Assembly (NCBI GenBank): GCA_030390025.1
Contig: CM059432.1
Coordinates: 99,884,001-99,948,000 of the forward strand
Direction: 5' to 3'
DNA: 64,000 nucleotides
DNA from: Squalus acanthias
Lineage: Eukaryota
Below the pieces are notes generated by a model. It saw nothing but the letters and a program-made list of their open reading frames with translations, ran no database searches and was not told where the DNA came from. The position numbers and the translations under genes are program-made. This document shows, in pieces, positions 12,912-23,479 of the stretch; the stretch's first letter is position 1; the number at the start of each line of letters is the position of its first letter.

Positions 12912-13635
12912 CATTTTCCGAAACAGTTTTTGTGGGGACCAGCCAGCAGAAGGGAGTGCATCCATCTACACAAGCGAGAACATGTCTGTATCCCAAAGAC
13001 GGGGGAAGTGGTCCAATAAAGTCAATAAAGAATTTTCCCTTTGGCTCATCAACTTTCACAGGAGCCAATGATGGTGGCTTAATTAGTGATGACTTATTGG
13101 TTAAATTGCATGGCTCACAATTTGCCACGTATGTTTTACAGGCCTTAAGCATGCCTGGCCACCAATATAAAGGAGTCAATTTGCAGAATGTTGTTCTGGC
13201 ACCACAATGTGCTTGACCTATGCCCTCGTGAGCTTCTTTTGCAAGCTGTTCTCATTTGTGTCTCGGGGGTACTTCTTGGTTTTCTCTTGGGCAACTTAAC
13301 GAGCACAATACCAGTAGGGGTTTCCGAGTAAAAGTACTTTGGTGGATATCCTGGTGGATTCTCTTCTGTTGGGTCTAATAGCTGAATCAGTTCCTCATCC
13401 TGATTAGCTGCCTGTTCTGCCCTAGTGATAACACTAATATTGGCAGGCCCCTCTCGAGGGGGTGTCATGCAGACCGAACATGTTGCTTGTTCGTCTGCAA
13501 GACTGTTTCCTTTTGAGTGTACTGTCCCAGTGGTATGCCCGTTTACATGAATCACCTGACAATTCTGTTTCTCCATTCTTGAATGGAGAATGTCTTCCTA
13601 CAATGACTTATGCCTTATGGCCCTTTTTTTTGTCT
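12912..13635 (-). mobile_element. pol: Endogenous foamy-virus-like (spumaretroviral) pol fragment: RNase H C-terminus plus integrase N-terminal extension, HHCC zinc finger and start of the catalytic core; pseudogenised
   Basis: KKRAIRHKSL*EDI..IHVNGH..HSKGNSLADEQAT; DEELIQLL..GYPPKYFY; after a frameshift [86 protein letters not shown]. Collinear with prototype foamy virus Pol as recalled (DAELDQLL..GYPKQY, LYWWPNMRK, KFFIDYIGPLPPSQGY..VDGMTGFTWLYPTK). Confidence 0.9.
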
Positions 13636-14851
13636 TTTATTGCAGTCTTGCACAGCTATCTATGATTTTTTAAACCCACTCCTCGTGTTTCTAATTTTTT
13701 GTCCCACTTTTTTCTTGGTACTATTTTTAGTGTTGCTCTCATTGTTTCTATTTTGAAATATAGTTCTGCTGTTTTCTTTGGACTTCTTTTCCTTCCTTTT
13801 TTAACTACAACTCTGTTCTTCGTTTTTGCTCCCACTCTCAGCACTGTTCATTTTTTGAGTGTTAGTCCAGCTATTATTTAGTATTGCTCCTGAAATTATT
13901 TTTTAACTATCCATCTCAGTAGTTCTGTTTTGAAGTACAGCTCTCCACTTTACTTTTAACTACAACATCAGCATATGTGTTTCCTTTAATCATCCTCCTA
14001 CTCTGGCATTTTTTTTACTCCCACTGCCATGTTTTTTTAATTACTATTTTGCTGGTTTTTATTCCTAATCTCACTTTTGTGCATTTTTTTCTGACAGCCC
14101 ATAGAATGTTAAACCTCCCAAGACTACCTGTCCAATTTCTAGCTTTCCTCCCTCTATTTTACCTCATACTATAATAACTGCCCTAACTCCCACTTTCCTG
14201 CTTACACTTCACCCCACTAAGAAAGAACTTGCAATTATATAGCATCTTTCACAACCACAGGACATCCCAAAGTGCTTCACAAGCAATGAAGTACTCCAAT
14301 GAAGTGACTGCACAAGGCCAGGGTCAAGGGCACTGGGCAACCACTACCTACCAAGGGTCACCATGTGCTGGAGTTCATACCTGCCATGGGCAAGTGGGTT
14401 CCAGAGATACATCTGAAGTGATGCTTGCATCTACCTGTCCAATGCTAATGAGATGCCCTCCCATTGATCCAACAATTTCCAGTAGGGCCAGTCGTGGAAC
14501 GCACCGGCAGACATGATACCATTGGATTCACAATCCACAGATTTTTGGCTCCAATGTTTTCACTTGCCCAAGTATCTAGGTAAATTTATAGCATGCCCAG
14601 GGATTGAACAGAGAACCCTCTTCAGTTTATTTCAATCACTGGTTTCATCACATGATCTCACATGATGCTCCTGGTCTTTGGAAGAAGCCAGAATAATGCT
14701 GTACTGGAATTTACCTAAGGCTTTATTAAACAGTAAAAGAACAATCGAATAATAGCAGAAAGACAAATAGTTATTAAGCTGAGCTGGCTCATTATAAAAA
14801 TAGAAAATAATGAATAGTCTGCAACCTGTGCTAAACTCTGATATAAATAAC

Positions 14852-15990
14852 GGCCCGGAATTTGCAGTGGGTAATAACGTCAAACCCCTCTGAAACTGAC
14901 CACAACTTCAGGATTTAGCGCATGCGCATCTAAACGCGGAAATCCTGAAGTTGCAGTCATCATTCAACGCTCCGACACTGGTTGCACTGTGGATGCCCTG
15001 CCCCCCACCCGCCCCCATAGCCGTCAATCCGTGTAATCAGTGAAACCAGTGAAAGTGACAAAAATGTGGGCTTTTCCTATGCTAATATCGCTGTTAAATA
15101 CCCCATTAAATGTTAGGCCTTGTTGGAATAGGTGTAACTGGGTTTTTAACAGTGTATTGACTGCCAAACACACATTATGGCCCTGAAAAACTCATTTTTA
15201 TATTTGTCAAATTTCTCCATTATGATAAAAATTTAAATTAAAAAATTATGGGTTTTTTTGTCTTTTAAAAGTTTGTTCATGATATTTCAGGTTCTAGCTT
15301 ATACCCGTGTGAGAGTCCCAGTCTTTGTTTTGCTCTCTGTAACATTTTTAAAAAGTCTGGATAAAAGCAGCTTCTCATTTCCTGGATTCCTGTCTGTGAG
15401 AATTCTGCAATGTGATTGGCTGCTTAGACAACTTGTTGACATCACAGCAGCACCGCGCTAGGAAATCCCATTACAGAGCGCTGAAATCACTTGAACGTCT
15501 AAAAGGGCAGCATGACCCAGGGCCCAGCTGGACCACCAGGGATCGAAGTGCCGGCAAAAGAGCCCGGCACTCAAGAGAAGTGCCGGGCTCAGGGAGCGCA
15601 GCCGGCACTCCACGGGGGAGCTGCAGAGGAGGCCGGGGACGGCAGAGGGGGCAGGTGCTGGCAGGCGGCCAGCAGCAAAAATGGCCGCCCGGCACCTCCC
15701 CTTTAATTTGCACCGCCTCGGCCGCAGGTAGGCCCCCCATACCCCGTCGGACACAACATCTGGCGGTAAGTCGGGGGCGCTACTGAAGATTGCGGTGGGG
15801 GCGCGAGCAGGGCGCTGCGCACGGCAATGATGTCATCGCCAGCGGTGCAGCGCCGCGGGGAACTAACGGTTACCACCACCGCTAACCTCCCACTGAATTT
15901 TGCGGGAGGCGTTGGCGGTGCCGCGCCCGGGCGCTAGTTGCTTTGCGCCCCGTTAGCGCCCCGTTAGCAAAGCAACCGAATTTTTAGGCC
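14852..15990. mobile_element. Non-autonomous Harbinger-like element (MITE)
   Basis: Ends ggcccggaatttg / gaatttttaggcc resemble the other GG..AATT termini here. The left part is similar to 51264-52044 and the right part to ~43720-43800. Confidence 0.7.
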
Positions 15991-16034
15991 ATAAACTCTA
16001 ATTAATTAAATAAATAAAATAAGGTTATATAGGG

Positions 16035-16993
16035 ATGGCAGTGCAGCTGGTGTGCTGCAACTTCAGTATGTGAGAGTTTGTGGAGAGCATCCTGATCCCG
16101 GACGACCACGTCTGCAGTAAGAGTCTGCATCTCAAGGAACTTCAGCTCAGAGTTGTTGAGCTGGAGTCCAAAGTGCAGACATTGCGGGGTATCAGAGCGG
16201 GGGAGAGTTACTTAGTCACTTTGATCCAGGAGGCCGTCACACCCCTTAGGGTAGGTAGTGGTACAGGTCTGGCTAGTGGTCAGGAACAGGAGAGTGTGAC
16301 TGCGACTTAGGCGGGTAAGGGGACCCAAGTGCAGTGATGGAGGAACCTTGGCCTTTTCCCTTATCCAACAGATATGAGGTTCTTGCTGCCAGTTTGGATG
16401 AGGGCAGAGTCTGCAGGGTGGATGAGCAAACAAACCATGGCACCATAGTACAGGAGGCCATTCAAGTGGGAGCAGTGAAAAGGAATGTTGTAGTGGTAGG
16501 GAACAGTATAGTCAGGGGGATAGATACTGTTCTCTGCAACTGCAACCGGGCGTTCCGAAGGCTGTGTTGCCTGCCCAGTGCCAGGGTTAAGGATATCTCC
16601 TCGCAGCTGGAGAAGAATTTGGAGTGGGAGGGGAAGGATCCAGTTTTCGTGGTCCACATAGGAACCAACGACATAGGTAGAACTAGGAATGAGGTTCTGC
16701 TGAGAGAGTTTGAGGAGCTAGGATCCAAATTAAAATGCAGAACCTCAAAGGTAATAATCTCTGGATTGTTACCTGAGCCACGCGCAAATTGGCATAGGGA
16801 CAAGCAGATCAGAGAGTTAAATGAGTGGCTTAAAGAGTGGTGTGGGAGGAAGGGGTTTTGATTCATGGGGCACTGGCACCAGTATTGGGGAAAGAGGAAG
16901 CTGTTCCGTTCAGACAGGCTCCACTTAAATTGGGCTGTGTCCAGTGTCCTGGTGAACCGAGTAAATAGGGCTGTAGATAGGGCTTTAAACTGA
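16035..16993 (+). pseudogene. CR1 ORF1 (N-terminal Cys cluster plus SGNH/esterase-like domain), with stops
   Basis: VVVVGNSIVRG (GDS-like), CCLPSARVKDI, VVHIGTNDIG and KVIISGLLP, typical of the CR1 ORF1 esterase domain; lies upstream of CR1 ORF2. Confidence 0.88.
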
Positions 16994-17110
16994 AAAGGGG
17001 TGGAGGGGTCAGGTGAGGGCAAATTTAGAAATCTAAAGAGAAAAGTCAAGGCAATGGAGCAGTGTAGCAATTTGGGTAAAGATAAGCAGAGTGTAACAGA
17101 AAGGGACAGA

Positions 17111-17875
17111 GGGGGGAAAATTCATTATAGCCCCGTTTGAGGTGCTAAAGCTTTGAAAGTTGAAGAAATTAGCACCAGGCACTAATCATTGTGATCTCCC
17201 GCGAAATTCAATGTTAGCGCTCCAAGAGGGAAGTGGAGCGCTAAATAAACTACTAGCCACTTCTCTTAGTGCGCTAAAGTGTGTGATGGGGGCGGTAGCG
17301 GCAGTGCACTGAAGAAAGTGCAGTGCAGCGCTAATGGCATCAGAGGCTCCTTCCCTCGCTTAAAGGGAAGGGCCAATGATGAATGAAACAATCTTGTTCT
17401 GTGGCCAGGGGACCTGCGTGACTTGCATTACAGCCTCAACCACTCTCAGAAAGTGGAGGGCTTAGGCATCGCGCAGCAATGAGTGGAAAAAATCTTTCAG
17501 CAGGCACCAGACTAGAGTGAGGAATAAAGTTTTGCCTATCTGACCACCACTGCCTTTAATTATCACTCCCCAAGCGGCCAGCCGAGGTGATGCCTCAACG
17601 CCTCCTGATGCTGTCATTGTTGACGCCCAGCGATACAGCAGGGGGCGGGACCCAATTTCGCATCCACGGCAGTAACGGGGCGCTGCGCACCTGATAACAT
17701 CACGGTCTCCAGGGCGCTACAGACTGAGGCGGTAAGTGTTAGCGCCAGCACAAAACCACTATTGAAGTTCACGGGCGTCACGGCTTTCGCCGCGTCCGGT
17801 CGGTAACCCCTTAACGCTGCATTACCGCACCCCCAGGCACTAACGGGAGGTGCTAACATGCTGAATTTTGCAGCC
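17111..17875. mobile_element. Harbinger-derived MITE inserted between CR1 ORF1 and ORF2
   Basis: TIRs ggggggaaaattca / tgaattttgcagcc with a 3-bp AGA duplication (17108-17110, 17876-17878). Both ends match the termini of the Harbinger at 44855-50321. Confidence 0.85.
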
Positions 17876-17939
17876 AGAGTGTTTAAAGGTAATAGCACAT
17901 CAGTGAATAAGGTGAAGGCAGGGACTAATGGTAAAAAGT

Positions 17940-19983
17940 TAAAATTAAAGGCTCTTTATCTGAATGCATGAAGCATTCATAACAAGATAGATGAAATAGT
18001 GGCACAAATAGAGACATATATGTTTGATCTAATATCCATTACAGAGACGTGGTTGCAAGGTGACCAAGGCTGTGTACTAAATATTCCAGGGTACTTGATG
18101 TTTCGAAAAGACAGGCAGAATGGAAAAGGTGGTGTAGCTTGGGTGGGTAGCCCTGATAATAAAAGATGACATAAAGACAGTAGTGAGAAAGGATCGTGGC
18201 TCAGAAGATCAGGAAATAGAATCAGTATGGGTGGAGATAAGAAATAACAAGGGGCAGAAAACACCAGTGGGAGTAGTTTATAGGCCCCCAAACAGTAGCC
18301 ATACCGTTGGACAGAGTATTAATCAACAAATAATAGGAGCTTGTAACAAAGGTAATGAAATAATTGTGGGGGACTTTAATCTTCATATAGACTGGGCTTC
18401 TACAAGTTGGTAAAAATGAAGAGAGTAGCAAAAGTAAGCATTGGTCCATTAGAGACTGAGATGGGAGAAATTATAATGGGGAATAAGGAAATGGAAAAGA
18501 CTTCAAACAAATACTTTGTATCTGTCTTCACAGTTGAAGACACAAAATGCATACCAATAATAGTGTTGAACCAAGGGGCTAATGAGAGTGAGGAACTTAA
18601 TCTAATTAAAATCAATAGAGAATAAGTACTTGAGAAACTAATGGGACTAAAAACCAACATATCCTCTGGATCTAATGGTCTACATCCTAGGGTTCTAAAA
18701 GAGGTGGCCGCAGAGATAGTGGATGCATTGTTTGTGATCTTCCAAAATTCCCTAGATTCTAGAACAGTCCCAGCGGATTGGAATATAGCAAATATAACTC
18801 CGCTATTCAATAAAGGAGGGAGAGAGCAAACAGGGAACTACAGGTCAGTTAGCCTGACATCAGTTGTCGGGAAAATGCTGGAATCCATTATTAAGGAAGT
18901 GGTAACAGGGCATTTCGAAAATCATATTATGATTAGGCAGAGTCAACATGGTTTTATGAACGGGAAATCGTGTTTAACAAATTTATTAGAGTTTTTTGAG
19001 GATGTAACTTGGAGGATAGATAAAGGGGAACCAGTGGATGTAGTATTTTTGGATTTCCAAAAGGCATTCGATAAGGTGTCACATAAAAGGTTGCTACGCA
19101 AGATAATGGCTCATGGGGTTGAGGGTAATATATTAGCATGGATAGAAGATTGGTTAATGGACAGAAAACAGAGAGTAGGTTGGCAGGCTCTAACTAGTGG
19201 GGTGCCGCAAGGATCATTGCTTCGGCCTCAGCTATTTACAATCTACAGTAATGACTTAGATGAAGGGATCGAGTGCAATGTATCCAAGTTTGCTGACGAT
19301 ACAAAGTTAGGTGGGAAAGTAAGCTGTGAGGAGAACACAAAGAGCCTGCAAAGGGATATAGACAGGTTAAGTGAGTGGGCAATAAGGTGGCAGATGGAGT
19401 ATAATATGGGGAAATTCCTCCTTATCTCAGTCTTAAATAGCCGACCCCTTATCCTGAGACTATGCCCCCTAGTTCCAAACTCTCCAGCCAGAGGAAACAA
19501 CCTCTCAGCATCTAACCTGTCCATCCCCCTCAGAATCTTATATGTTTCAATGAGATCACCTCTCATTCTTCTAAATTCCAGAGAGTATAGGCCCAATCTA
19601 CTCAATCTCTCCTCATAGGACAACCCTCTCATCCCAGGGATCAATCTAGTGAACCTTTGTTGCACTGCCTCTAAGTCAAGTATGTCCTTCCTCAGATAAG
19701 GTGACCAAAACTGTGCACAGTACTCCAGGTGTGGTTTCAACAAAACCCTGTACAATTGTAGTAAGACTTCCTTACTCTAGTACTCCAACCCCCTTGCAAT
19801 AAAGGCCAACATATTATTTGCCTTCCTAATTGCTTGTTGTACCTGCACGTTAACTCTTTGTGTTTCCTGTACAAGGATACCTAAATCTTTCTGAACACCA
19901 ACATTTAATAGTTTCTCACCATTTAAAAAATATTCTGTTTTTCTATTCTTCCTACCAAAGTGAACAGCCTCACATTTCCCCAC
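17940..19983 (+). mobile_element. CR1 ORF2 (APE endonuclease, internal deletion near 18400, RT) with its 3' part (~19412-19983) inverted
   Basis: ITETWLQG, VYRPPNS, IVGDFN; FLDFQKAFDKV, GVPQGSLL, KFADDTK. Minus-strand ORFs 19777..19983 and 19243..19755 continue the same protein. Confidence 0.92.
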
Positions 19984-20194
19984 AGAGCCCCCAGTTGGAA
20001 ATCACAGGCAACATGGTCCTGGCACATTACCCCTTGCTCCCACACCCGCCATATGCATGCACCAGTGTCACATTGAAGCAGAATGTCTCCTGATATGTGT
20101 CCTGCATATATTTGGAGGAAGATCTGCTACAAGTAATGATGTTTGGATGAGAAAAAAATAATGTTTATTACACCAACAACAATTTTCATTTGTT

Positions 20195-20435
20195 TTTATT
20201 CATTCACAGGATGTGGATGTTGCTGGCTAGGCCAGCATTTATTTCCCAACCCTAATAGTCCTTGAGAAGGTGGTGGTGAGCTGCCTTCTTGAACAGCTGC
20301 AGTCCGTGTGGTGAAGGTACTCCCGTAGTGCTGTTAGGTAGGGAGTTCTAGGGTTTTGACTGAGCGACGATGAAGGATCGCCGATATATTTCCAAGTCAG
20401 GATGGTGTGTGACTTGGAGGGGACCTTGATGGTGA
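20195..20435 (-). mobile_element. 3' tail copy of the 56503-59620 LINE family
   Basis: Reverse complement matches 59380-59615. Confidence 0.85.
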
Positions 20436-21099
20436 CAATGTAGTAAAACATCCCAAGGCACTTCACAGAAGTGTTATCAAACAAAATTTGACACCGAGCC
20501 ACATAAGGAGATATTAGGACAGATAACTGGCTAGTGAGCTAACCTATGAAGTCAAAGCATCCCATCATCACAACAACTCTCTCCATAAGTAATAGGAATA
20601 AAATATTTAAATTTAGCATTTGACATTCCTTCTGTCAAACATGGCTTTTAATTTTGCACAATAGGACACATTTTTTTTGCCAACACATTTTTTATTCCAA
20701 CATGTATTCTTTCTCAGAAACATATTTTATGCCAGTTTATTGAAGTATTCCATTGCCAGTGTATTTCATCAATTTGTGACTTTTTTGGTGAAAAGAAGAG
20801 ACTGAATTGTTAATGGTTCAGGCAAGAAAGCAAAAGCTAAAACTGAAAAAAAGCATTTCAAAATGACAGAGGGATTTTCTAACTAAGCTTTGGAAAAGGG
20901 AACAATAATTCCCTTCAGCAAACTGTCAAGCTTTTAATATGTACCATTGAAGAGATTCCAGGGAATACGCAGCCCATTAGTAAGGTACACAGACAGAACA
21001 AAAAAGCTGAAATACACGATAGGATTAAGAATTTAAAGATCTGTTGTTCGTGACTTTAAGGGTTGGCTACTCCTGACCCCCTGTCCCACTATCATGCAC

Positions 21100-22915
21100 G
21101 GAGCTGAGTGCCGGAGGATCCTCAAAACTGTAGGTACATCTCCGGATAGCCTTGCAGAATGGGCTTCCTGACTGTCCATTATGTGTCATGGGTGATTAGA
21201 AAATGTCAGACATAGAGCTACAAAGTGAGTGCAAATTCCTTTGGCAATGATGCTTTCTGTTTCCTTTCCAGTGTTCAACAAGTACCTGGCAACAGCATCC
21301 AGAGAGGCATAGGAATCAACCATGTAGCTGTTCACCAGTTGTATTGTTTGACATAGCTCGGAAACATCAAGCCACTGGCCAGTTACCTTCTTCATAAATA
21401 TAACAGCTTTTACCTTTGTTGGGCAGGATGCTGGTCCAACACAGAGAGTTACTGCCAAGGCAGATAGACTAACAACATTTGTGCTGTGAGCAACCAGACC
21501 AGTGTGCACGGCCTCAAGAATGATAGTGGTGGCCAAGATAGCTGGGACCAAGCTTGTGCGAGTTTTCAAAGGGCAGAACTGACAATGTGGCCAATGGTTT
21601 CCTTGCGTCAGCATCTGAAGTCATAAACAAATTGAAGATAGAGCCTGCAAACTGTTCAGACCCGAACAAGGTCCTGCAAGGTAACTACAAAGGGGAAGGA
21701 GACCTGTGAAGCCAAAGCAGAGGGCCTTTATAACAGTGCTTGATCCCTCTTTAGAGCAAACAGGACCGCTATAAAGCTGGATTATGATGCAAGGTGTATT
21801 GAGGCCAGAAGGGTTATTAGAGAGGGTCATTAGGGAAATAAAGCAGGATCAGTGGGTTGCATTTATCCATAACACTACACAACTACACAAAAATTATGCA
21901 AAATCATTTTGTTGTTGACCAAAGTCTGTCAACAATCATAATCAAGGATTCCATGGTCAAGTGTCTATGGCTGATAAATCTAGTGCTCTCCACCAAATTC
22001 ATGAGGGCATTCTTGGGGTCTGGAGAGAACATTATATTGAGTTGGAATCTAACACAAAGGGCTGGAGTAAGGATCCACCTGCATGGAGGTGGGATAAGTA
22101 TGTGGAGTGTGCCGCGCAGGTTGAAAGCCTTAATGAACCAGCTTGGTTGGGGAAATATGCTGTCTAGCGAACAGTATGGCTGGCAGTGTGTGCAGCCAGT
22201 ATGGACTATATTCAAGTTAAATTTCTAAAAGCTGATCTAGGCAAGAGAGGGGGGTTAATGGCAATGGACTTGGAAAACGTGCGAGGAGTCACCAACTCAC
22301 CTTGGTGCTGCCCTTCCGAGGCTGGTGAATTAGATTTTGTTTGAAGCAAAAATATCCTTGGTGTTTCAGAGCAAAGTTTTCCTTCTAAGAGTTAGCCTGA
22401 AAATGACCATGGAATTATACTAATAAACGTGACTCTTAAGGTTCTTCAAGTTATCACAGCATGAATAAGAGAAGCTCTGAAAGATAGTAGAGCAATCAGA
22501 AACAAACAGGAAAATCTCCCTCTCATGAGTCATAGAGTCATAGAGTTATACAGCACAGAAAGAGGCCCTTCGGCCCATCGTGTCCGCGCCGGCCATCAAG
22601 CCCTGTCTATTCTAATCCCATTTTCCAGCACTTGGTCCATAGCCTTGTATGCTATGGCGTTTCAAGTTCTCATCTAAATGAGGAATGTTTAGGAGAGTTT
22701 ATGGCTTTATATGAGATAAGAAAATGTCACAAGGCTCAGAAAACCCCACTTACACTGCTTTCACTGATTTTTGTAAAGCTTTCAACCCAATGCTTCATGC
22801 AGTCCTCTTGATGAAACTTGAAGCTGCGGGGGTACAAGTCCAAGTCTTGGATTTTAGTCAGGATTTCTACTCTGGCTCCAAGATCCATGTAAAAATAGAA
22901 CATACATTTATATAA
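21100..22915 (+). mobile_element. Old, heavily decayed APE-RT LINE, RTE-like and distinct from the CR1/L2 copies
   Basis: Ordered degenerate motifs: PLCVMGD*K (~21180), INHVAV (~21315), TSSHWPV (~21365), GILGVWREHY (~22005), ASMDYIQVKFLKA (~22195), NDHGIILINVTLKV (~22402), EECLGEFMALYEI (~22680), TYTAFTDFCKAFN..LLMKLEAAGV (~22750). Confidence 0.7.
22530..22677 (-). mobile_element. Short young CR1 3'-tail insertion
   Basis: Near-identical reverse complement of ~42800-42945 including the ctatgact tail repeats. ATGAG is duplicated at 22525-22529 and 22678-22682. Confidence 0.9.
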
Positions 22916-22924
22916 CATATTTCA

Positions 22925-23221
22925 AACCAAAGTGCTTCAAAGATAATGAATTATGTTTGAAGTGCCGTCACTGTCGTTTTGTGGACAAACACTACTGCAA
23001 ATTGGTGCACAGCAAGGTCCCACAAAGAGCAATTAAATAAATAACCAGTTAATCAATTTTGATGGCATTTATTTATTGGGTGAATATTGGCCAGAACACT
23101 GGAAGAACTCCATGTTCTTTGAAAAAGTGTCATGGGATCTTTTACGTCCCACTAAACAGGTGGAGGTGACCTCAGTTCAATATCTCATCTAAGAGACAGC
23201 ACCTCTGACAAGCCAAGACTC
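22925..23221 (-). mobile_element. tRNA-derived SINE (body and tail), interrupted by a Harbinger; the remainder appears at ~27567-27625
   Basis: ccaaagtgcttca..gcacagcaaggtcccaca..catgggatcttttacgtcc; the same tail occurs at ~14220-14300 and ~20445-20520. The family name was not determined. Confidence 0.6.
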
Positions 23222-23479
23222 CCTCTGGATTTTGCCAGCGGAAGCGGGTTCGTTGTTCGGCTGGTTCCGATCCTGCTGCCGGTTTCAGCCGCACTGCGAT
23301 AAGGATTTTGAGTTAACTGGGCTTATTAAGCCCGTCATGCGCATTACCCGGCCCAATCAGTGGCTTCGGGTCTGCTGCTCGCCTCTGCTGACGTCTTCGA
23401 TTCAGCTGCATTTAAGGGGCCCATGCAGCCTTTGGGTTTTATTCACTTTCTGATGCTTCTCAGTGGTATTGTTTGCGAG

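Noticed and set aside
19412..19983. Twin-priming 5' inversion
   Set aside because: The segments are tail-to-tail, opposite to the geometry expected from twin priming.
21186..22215. Minus-strand ORFs (142, 69 and 103 aa) as host genes
   Set aside because: They are antisense shadows of the decayed LINE on the + strand, with no recognisable domain.
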